Under the pieces are notes generated by a model. The model was not told where the DNA came from. It searched no databases and saw nothing but the letters and a program-made list of their open reading frames with translations. A program made the position numbers and the translations under genes. DNA of 64,000 nucleotides from Eledone cirrhosa (taxonomy: Eukaryota): positions 163,246,001 through 163,310,000 of the forward strand of contig OZ024742.1 of NCBI GenBank assembly GCA_964016885.1, written 5' to 3'. Positions 55,701 through 64,000 of this stretch are shown here, piece by piece; positions within the stretch are counted from its first letter, which is position 1; each line of letters opens with the position of its first letter.

Positions 55701-56659
55701 AATTTTAGGAAATTTAGGAATTTTTTGAATTTCTTGGAATTTTATGAATTTTTATGAATTTTATGAATTTTATGAATCTTATGAATGTTATGAATTTTTG
55801 GAATTTTAGGAATTGTAGGAATCTTAGGAATTTTATGAATTTTATGAATTTTATGAAATTTAAAATTTTACGAATTTTATTAATTTTAGGAATTTTATAA
55901 ATTTTATGAATTTTATGAATTTTAGGAATTTTAGGAATTTTATGAATTTTAGGAATTTTAAGAATTTTAGGAATTTTATGAATTTTATGAATTATATAAA
56001 TTTTAGGAATTTTTTGAATTTCTTGGAATTTTATGAATTTTTATGAATTTTATGAATTTTATGAATTTTATGAATTTTTGGAATTTTAGGAATTTTTAGG
56101 AATTTTATGTATTTCATGAATTTTATGAAATTTTATGAATTTTCTGAATTTTATGAATTATATAAATTTTAGGAATTTTAGGAATTTTATGAAATTCAAG
56201 AATTTTAGGAATTTTAGGAATATTTTGGAATTTTAGTAATTTTTCTGGAATTTTCGTAATTTTTTGAATTTTTATGAATTTTATGAATTTTATGAATTTT
56301 ATGAATTTTAGGAATTTTATGAATTTTAAGAATTTTAGGAATTTTAGGAATTTTTTGAATTTCTTGGAATTTTATGAATTTTTATGAATTTTATGAATTT
56401 TATGAATTTTATGAATTTTTGGAATTTTAGGAATTTTAGGAATCTTAGGAATTTTATGAACTTTTTGAATTTTAGGAATTTTATTAATTTTATGAATTTT
56501 TGGAATTTGAGGAATTTTTTGGAATTTTATGAATTTTAGGAATTTTACGAATTTTAGTAATTATATAAATTTTAGGAATTTTAGGAATCTTAGGAATTTT
56601 AGGAATTTTATAAATTTTATGAATTTTATGAATTTTAGGAATTTTAGGAATTTTATGAA

Positions 56660-59600
56660 TTTTAGGAATTTTAGGAATTTTAGGAATTTTATGAATTTTA
56701 GTAATTTTAAGAATTTTAGGAATTTTAGGAATCTTAGGAATTTTAGGAATTTTAGGAATTTTATGAAATTCAAGAATTTTAGGAATTTTTTGAATTTCTT
56801 GAATTTTCGGAATTTTAGTAATTTTTTGGAATTTTTGTAATTTTATGAATTTTTATGAATTTTATGAATTTTATGAATTTTATGAATTTTATGAATTTTA
56901 TGAATTTTATAAATTCTATGAATTTTATAAATTTTATGAATTTTATGAATTTTAGGAATTTTAGGAATTTTAATAATTTTAGGAATTTTAGGAATTTTTG
57001 GAATTTTGGGAATTTTAGGAATTTTAGGGATTTTAGGAATTTTAAGAATTTTAGGAATTTTAGGAATTTTAGGAATTTTAAGAATTTTAGGAATTTTATG
57101 AAATTTAGGAATTTTTTGAATTTTTTGGAATTTTATGAATTTTTATGAATTTTATGAATTTTATGAATTTTATGAGTTTTTGGAATTTTAAGAATTTTAG
57201 GAATCTTAGGAATTTTATGAACTTATTGAATTTTAGGAATTTTAATTTTATGAATTTTTGGAATTTGAGGAATTTTAGGAATTTTAGGAATTTTAGGAAT
57301 TTTACGAATTTTAGTAATTTTATAAATTTTACGAATTTTAGGAATTTTATGAATTATATAAATTTTAGGAATTTTAGGAATCTTAGGAATTTTAGGAATT
57401 TTATAAATTTTATGAATTTTATGAATTTTAGGAATTTTAGGAATTTTAGGAATTTTAGGAATTTTAAGAATTTTAGGAATTTTAGGAATTTTATGAATTA
57501 TATAAATTTTAGGAATTTTAGGAATCTTAGGAATTTTAGGAATTTTATAAATTTTATGAATTTTATGAATTTTATGAATTTTAGGAATTTTATGAATTTT
57601 ATGAATTTTAAGAATTTTAGGAATTTTAGGAAATTTAGGAATTTTTTGAATTTCTTGGAATTTTATGAATTTTTATGAATTTTATGAATTTTATGAATTT
57701 TATGAATTTTTGGAATTTGAGGAATTTTAGGAATTTTATGAATTTTAGGAATATTAAGAATTTTAGTAACTTTTGGAATTTTATAAATTTTAGGAATTTT
57801 AGGAATTTTAGGAATTATATAAATTTTAGGAATTTTAGGAATCTTAGGAATTTTAGGAATTTTAGGAATTTTATGAAATTCAAGAATTTTAGGAATTTTT
57901 TGAATTTCTTGAATTTTCGGAATTTTAGTAATTTTTTGGAATTTTTGTAATTTTATGAATTTTTATGAATTTTATGAATTTTATGAATTTTATGAATTTT
58001 ATGAATTTTATGAATTTTATGAATTCTATGAATTTTATAAATTTTATGAATTTTATGAATTTTAGGAATTTTAGAAATTTTAGGAATTTTAAGAATTTTA
58101 GGAATTTTATGAAATTTAGGAATTTTTTGAATTACTTGGAATTTTATGAATTTTTATGAATTTTATGAATTTTATGAATTTTATGAGTTTTTGGAATTTT
58201 AGGAATTTTAGGAATCTTAGGAATTTTATGAACTTATTGAATTTTAGGAATTTTAATTTTATGAATTTTTGGAATTTGAGGAATTTTAGGAATTTTAGGA
58301 ATTTTAGGAATTTTACGAATTTTAGTAATTTTATAAATTTTAGGAATTTTAGGAATTTTATGAATTATATAAATTTTAGGAATTTTAGGAATCTTAGGAA
58401 TTTTAGGAATTTTATAAATTTTATGAATTTTATGAATTTTAGGAATTTTAGGAATTTTATGAATTTTATGAATTTTAAGAATTTTAGGAATTTTAGGAAT
58501 TTTATGAATTATATAAATTTTAGGAATTTTTTGAATTTCTTGGAATTTTATGAAATTTTATGAATTTTATGAATTTTATGAATTTTATGAATTTTTGGAA
58601 TTTTAGGAATTTTTAGGAATTTTATGTATTTCATGAATTTTATGAATTTTTATGAATTTTCTGAATTTTATGAATTATATAAATTTTAGGAATTTTAGGA
58701 ATCTTAGGAATTTTAGGAATTTTAGGAATTTTATGAAATTCAAGAATTTTAGGAATTTTTTGAATTTCTTGAATTTTAGGAATTTTAGTAATTTTTCTGG
58801 AATTTTCGTAATTTTTTGAATTTTTATGAATTTTATGAATTTTATGAATTTTATGAATTTTAGGAATCTTATGAATTTTAAGAATTTTAGGAATTTTAGG
58901 AATTTTTTGAATTTCTTGGAATTTTATGAATTTTTATGAATTTTATGAATTTTATGAATTTTATGAATTTTTGGAATTTTAGGAATTTTAGGAATCTTAG
59001 GAATTTTATGAACTTTTTGAATTTTAGGAATTTTATTAATTTTATGAATTTTTGGAATTTGAGGAATTTTTTGGAATTTTATGAATTTTAGGAATTTTAC
59101 GAATTTTAGTAATTTTAGGAATTTTATAAATTTTCGGAATTTTAGGAATTTTATGAATTATAAATTTTAGGAATTTTAGGAATCTTAGGAATTTTAGGAA
59201 TTTTATGAATTTTATGAAACTTAAAATTTTACGAATTTTAGTAATTTTATGAATTTTATAAATTTTATGAATTTTATGAATTTTAGTAATTTTAGGAATT
59301 TTAGGAATTTAGGAATTTTAGGAATTTTAGGAATTTTAGGAATTTTAGGAATTTTAGGAATTTTAGGAATTTTAGGAATTTTAGGAATGTTTATGTATTT
59401 TAGGAATTTTATGAATTTTATGAATTTCATGGATTTTATGAATTTTATGAATTTTATGAATTTTATGAATTTTTGGAGTTTTAGGAATTTTAATAATTTT
59501 AGGAATTTTAGGAATTTTGGGAATTTTAGGAATTTTTTGAATTTCTTGGAATTTTAGGAATCTTAGGAATTTTAGGAATTTTAGGAATTTTATGAAATTC

Positions 59601-62600
59601 AAGAATTTTAGGAATTTTTTGAATTTCTTGAATTTTCGGAATTTTAGTAATTTTTTGGAATTTTTGTAATATTATGAATTTTTATGAATTTTATGAATTT
59701 TATGAATTTTATGAATTTTATGAATTTTATGAATTTATGAATTTTAGGAATTTTATAAATTTTATGAATTTTATGAATTTTAGGAATTTTAGGAATTTTA
59801 GGAATTTTAGGAATTTTAGGAATTTTAGGATTTTTATGAATTTTTGGAATTTTATGAATGTTAGGACTTTTATGAATTTTTGGAATTTTATGAATTTTAT
59901 GAATTTTAGAAATGTTATGAAATTTAGGAAATTTAGGAATTTTTGGAATTTTGGGAATTTTAGGAATTTTAGGAATTTTAGGAATTTTAGGAATTTTTTG
60001 AATTTTAGGAATTTTAGGAATTTTTTTGTATTTGAGGAATTTTATGAATTTTATGAATTTTAGGAATTTTAGGAATTTTATGAATTATATGAATTTTTGG
60101 AATTTTAGGTATTTTGAGGAATTTTTTTTAATTTTCGGAATTTTATGTATTTTTAGGAATTTTAGGAATTTTAGGAATTTTAGGAATTTTTCCGAATTTT
60201 CGTAATTTTATGAATTTTTAGGAATTTTAGGAATTTTATGAATTTTAGGAATTTTACAATTTTACGAATTTTAGTAATTTTAGGAATTTTAGGAATTTTA
60301 TGAATTTAGGAATTTTAGGAATTTTAGGAATTTTAGGAATTTTAGTAATTTTAGGAATTTTAAGAATTTTAGGAATTTTAGGAATTTTTGGGAATTTTCG
60401 GAATTTTATGAATTTTTAGGAATTTTAGGAATTTTAGGAATTTTATGAATGTTATTAATTTTATGAATTTTAGGAATTTTAGGAATTTTAGGAATTTTAG
60501 GAATTTTATGAATTTTATGAATTTTACGAATTTTAGAAATGTTATGAATTTTAGGAATTTTAGGAATTTTAGGAATTTTAGGAATTTTACGAATTTTACA
60601 ATTTTACGAATTTTAGTAATTTTAGGAATTTAGGAATTTTAGGAATTTTAGGAATTTTAGGAATTTTAGTAATTTTAGGAATTTTAAGAATTTTAGGAAT
60701 TTTAGGAATTTTTGGGAATTTTCGGAATTTATGAATTTTTAGGAATTTTAGGAATTTTAGGAATTTTATGAATGTTATTAATTTTATGAATTTTAGGAAT
60801 TTTAGGAATTTTAGGAATTTTAGGAATTTTATGAATTTTATGAATTTTACGAATTTTAGAAATGTTATGAATTTTAGGAATTTTAGGAATTTTAGGAATT
60901 TTAGGAATTTTAGGAATTTTTTTGAATTTTTTGAATTTTATGAATTTTTAGGATTTTTCTGAATTATATAAATTTTATGAATTTTAGGAATCTTAGGAAT
61001 TTTAGGAATTTTATGAATTTTAGGAATTTTAGGAATTTTAAGGATTTTAGGAATTTTAGGAATTTTTTGGAATTCTTGGAATTTTCGGAATTTTCGGAAT
61101 TTTTAGGAATTTTAGGAATTTTATGAATTTTATGAATTTTATGAATTTTATGAATTTTAGGATTTTTATGAATTTTCGAAATTTTTATGTATTTTAGGAA
61201 TTTTATGAATTTTATGAATTTTATGAATTTTATGAATTTTAGGAATTTAGGAATTTTAGGAATTTTCAGGAATTTTTTTGAATTTTCGGAATTTTATGTA
61301 TTTTTAGGAATTTTAGGAATTTTATGAATTTTATGAATTTTACAATTTTACGAATTTTAATTTAAGGAATTTTATAAATTTTATGAATTTTATGAATTTT
61401 ATGAATTTTAGGAATTTTAGGAATTTAGGAATTTTAGGAATTTCTATGAATTTTAGGAATTTTAAGAATTTTTTTGAATTTTTTGAATTTTATGAATTTT
61501 TAGGAATTTTCTGAATTTTATGAATTATATAAATTTTAGGAATTTTAGGAATCTTAGGAATTTTAGGAATTTTATGAATTTTAGTAATTTTAGGAATTTT
61601 TTGGAATTTTTGGAATTTTCGGAATTTTCGGAATTTTCAGGAATTTTAGGAATTTTATGAATTTTATGAATTTTATGAACTTTATGAATTTTAGGATTTT
61701 TATGAATTTTTTGAATTTTAGGAATTTTAGGAATTTTTTAAATTTTAGGAATTTTAGGAATTTTAGGAATTTTTATGTATTTTAGGAATTTTAGCAAGTT
61801 TATGAATTCTATGAATTTTAGGAATTTTATGAATTTTATGAATTTTAGGAATTTAGGAATTTTAGGAATTTTGAGGAATTTTTTTGAATTTTCGGAATTT
61901 TATGTATTTTTAGGAATTTTAGGAATTTTAGGAATTTTTGGAATTTTAGGAATTTTAGGAATTTTAAGAATTTTAGGAATTTCGAGGAATTTTTTTGAAT
62001 TTTCGGAACTTTATGTATTTTTAGGAATTTTAGGAATTTTAGGAATTTTATGAATTTTGGTAATTTTAGGAATTTTAAGAATTTTAGGAATTTTAGGAAT
62101 TTTTTGGAATTTTAGGAATTTTAGGAATTTTTAGGAATTTTATGAATTTTATGAATTTTCTGAATGTTATGAATTTTATGAATTTTATGAATCTTAGGAA
62201 TTTTAGGATTTTTATGAATTTTTGGAACTTTAGGAATTTTAGGAATTTTAGGAATTTTTGGAATTTATGAATTTTATGAATTTGAGGAATTTGAGGACTT
62301 TCATGAATTTTAAGAATTTTAGGAATTTTAGGAATTTTTAGGAATTTTCTGAATTTTCTGAATTATATAAATTTTAGGAATTTTAGGAATCTTAGGAATT
62401 TTAGGAATTTTAGGAATTTTATGAATTTTATGAATTTTTGGAATTTTAGGAATTTTAGGAATTTTAGGAATTTTTGGAATTTTAGGAATTTTAGGAATTT
62501 TAAGAATTTTAGGAATTTCGATGAATTTTTTTGAATTTTCGGAATTTTATGTATTTTTAGGAATTTTAGGAATTTTAGGAATTTTAGGAATTTTTCCGAA

Positions 62601-63975
62601 TTTTCGTAATTTTATGAATTTTTATGAATTTTAGGAATTTTATGAATTTTATGAATTTTACAATTTTACGAATTTTAATTTAAGGAATTTTATAAATTTT
62701 ATGAATTTTATGAATTTTATGAATTTTAGGAATTTTAGGAATTTAGGAATTTTAGGAATTTCTATGAATTTTAGGAATTTTAAGAATTTTTTTGAATTTT
62801 TTGAATTTTATGAATTTTTAGGAATTTTCTGAATTTTATGAATTATATAGATTTTAGGAATTTTTTGGAATTTTTGGAATTTTCGGAATTTTCGGAATTT
62901 TAAGGAATTTTAGGAATTTTATGAATTTTATGAATTTTATGAACTTTATAAATTTTAGGATTTTTATGAATTTTTGGAATTTTAGGAATTTTAGGAATTT
63001 TTTAAATTTTAGGAATTTTAGGAATTTTAGGAATTTTTATGTATTTTAGGAATTTTAGCAAGTTTATGAATTCTATGAATTTTAGGAATTTCATGAATTT
63101 TATGAATTTTAGGAATTTAGGAATTTTAGGAATTTTGAGGAATTTTTTTGAATTTTCGGAATTTTATGTATTTTTAGGAATTTTAGGAATTTTAGGAATT
63201 TTATGAATGTTATTAATTTTATGAATTTTAGGAATTTTAGGAATTTTAGGAATTTTAGGAATTTTATGAATTTTATGAATTTTACGAATTTTAGAAATGT
63301 TATGAATTTTAGGAATTTTAGGAATTTTAGGAATTTTAGGAATTTTAGGAATTTTACAATTTTACGAATTTTAGTAATTTTAGGAATTTTAGGAATTTTA
63401 TGAATTTATGAATTTTAGGAATTTTAGGAATTTTAGGAATTTTATGAATTTTATGAATTTTTGGAATTTTAGAAATTTTGAGTAATTTTTTTGAATTTTC
63501 GGAATTTTATGTATTTTTAGGAATTTTAGGAATTTTAGGAATTTTAGGAATTTTTGGAATTTTAGGAATTTTAGGAATTTTATGAATGTTATGAATTTTA
63601 TGAATTTTTGGAATTTTATGAATTTTATGAATTTTAGAAATGTTATGAATTTTAGGAATTTTAGGAATTTTAGGAATTTTAAGAATTTTAGGAATTTTAG
63701 GAATTTTATGAAATTTAGGAATTTTAAGAATTTTATTAATTTTATGAATTTTTAGGAATTTTAGGAATTTTAGGAATTTTAGGAATTTTAGGAATTTCTA
63801 TGAATTTTAGGAATTTTATGAATTTTATGAAATTCAAGAATTTTAGGAATTTTTTGAATGTTTTGAATTTTAGGAATTTTAGGAATTTTTCCGAATTTTC
63901 GTAATTTTATGAATTTTTAGGAATTTTAGGAATTTTTGAAATTTTATGAATTTTATGAATTTTATGAATTTTAGG
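56660..63975. repeat. Near-identical copy of ~42500-49830 (offset 14,156, then 14,147 after loss of one 9-mer near 60010)
   Basis: Anchors 42699/56855, 43519/57675, 44000/58156, 45518/59674 (14,156); 46298/60445 and 49056/63203 (14,147). Confidence 0.92.
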
Positions 63976-64000
63976 AATTTAGGAATTTTAGGAATTTTAG

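Larger units (their letters stand above)
36363..64000. repeat. Satellite B: degenerate 9-bp tandem array, main monomers GAATTTTAG and GAATTTTAT, with 8-11-bp variants
   Basis: Read directly throughout. The + strand is T-rich and almost C-free. About 3,000 monomers by length/9 (estimate). Translations NFR/NFM, GIL and YEF reflect the 9-bp period. Confidence 0.98.

Noticed and set aside
36372-63403. ORFs of NFR/NFM, GIL, YEF, KIP/KFL repeats
   Set aside because: Trivial translations of a 9-bp repeat, ended by 8- or 10-bp variants.
36363-64000. STAT-like TTCTTGGAA, HSE-like GAATTTTCAGGAA (~47113), Rel-like GGGAATTTTC (~46243) and TATA-like TATATAAA motifs
   Set aside because: Each is only a few changes from the GAATTTT consensus and expected by chance; there is no gene context.
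1-64000. Calling the region a centromere or naming a taxon
   Set aside because: I recognise no known centromeric monomer or CENP-B box; function and organism cannot be determined from this sequence.

Overview
The window is entirely tandem-repeat (satellite) DNA, most likely eukaryotic heterochromatin from a scaffolded assembly; the organism cannot be identified from the sequence. I see no credible genes, RNA genes, mobile elements or CRISPR array, and all listed ORFs are translations of repeats. 1-36162 (satellite A) is a composite array of two monomers sharing a 13-bp head, AAATTATCTCCCC: a 25-bp 'G' monomer (...TTGGACGGCTGG) and a 26-29-bp 'T' monomer (...CTGA-T7-10-AC). They alternate in runs with stereotyped junction monomers and ordered variants, overlaid by near-identical duplications at offsets of about 1.46, 2.8, 10.74, 20.8 and 24.02 kb. 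36163-36362 is an exact 200-N gap. 36363-64000 (satellite B) is a 9-bp array of GAATTTTAG and GAATTTTAT monomers with two alternating subfamily domains, duplications at 323, 1305, ~7440, ~9413 and ~14,150 bp, a recurrent 11-bp inverted repeat and one micro-inversion. The most notable items are the rule-like two-monomer architecture of A, with a GATA site in nearly every unit, and the template-switch-like inverted elements in B. Offsets come from ORF-track anchors and manual reading; boundaries are approximate.
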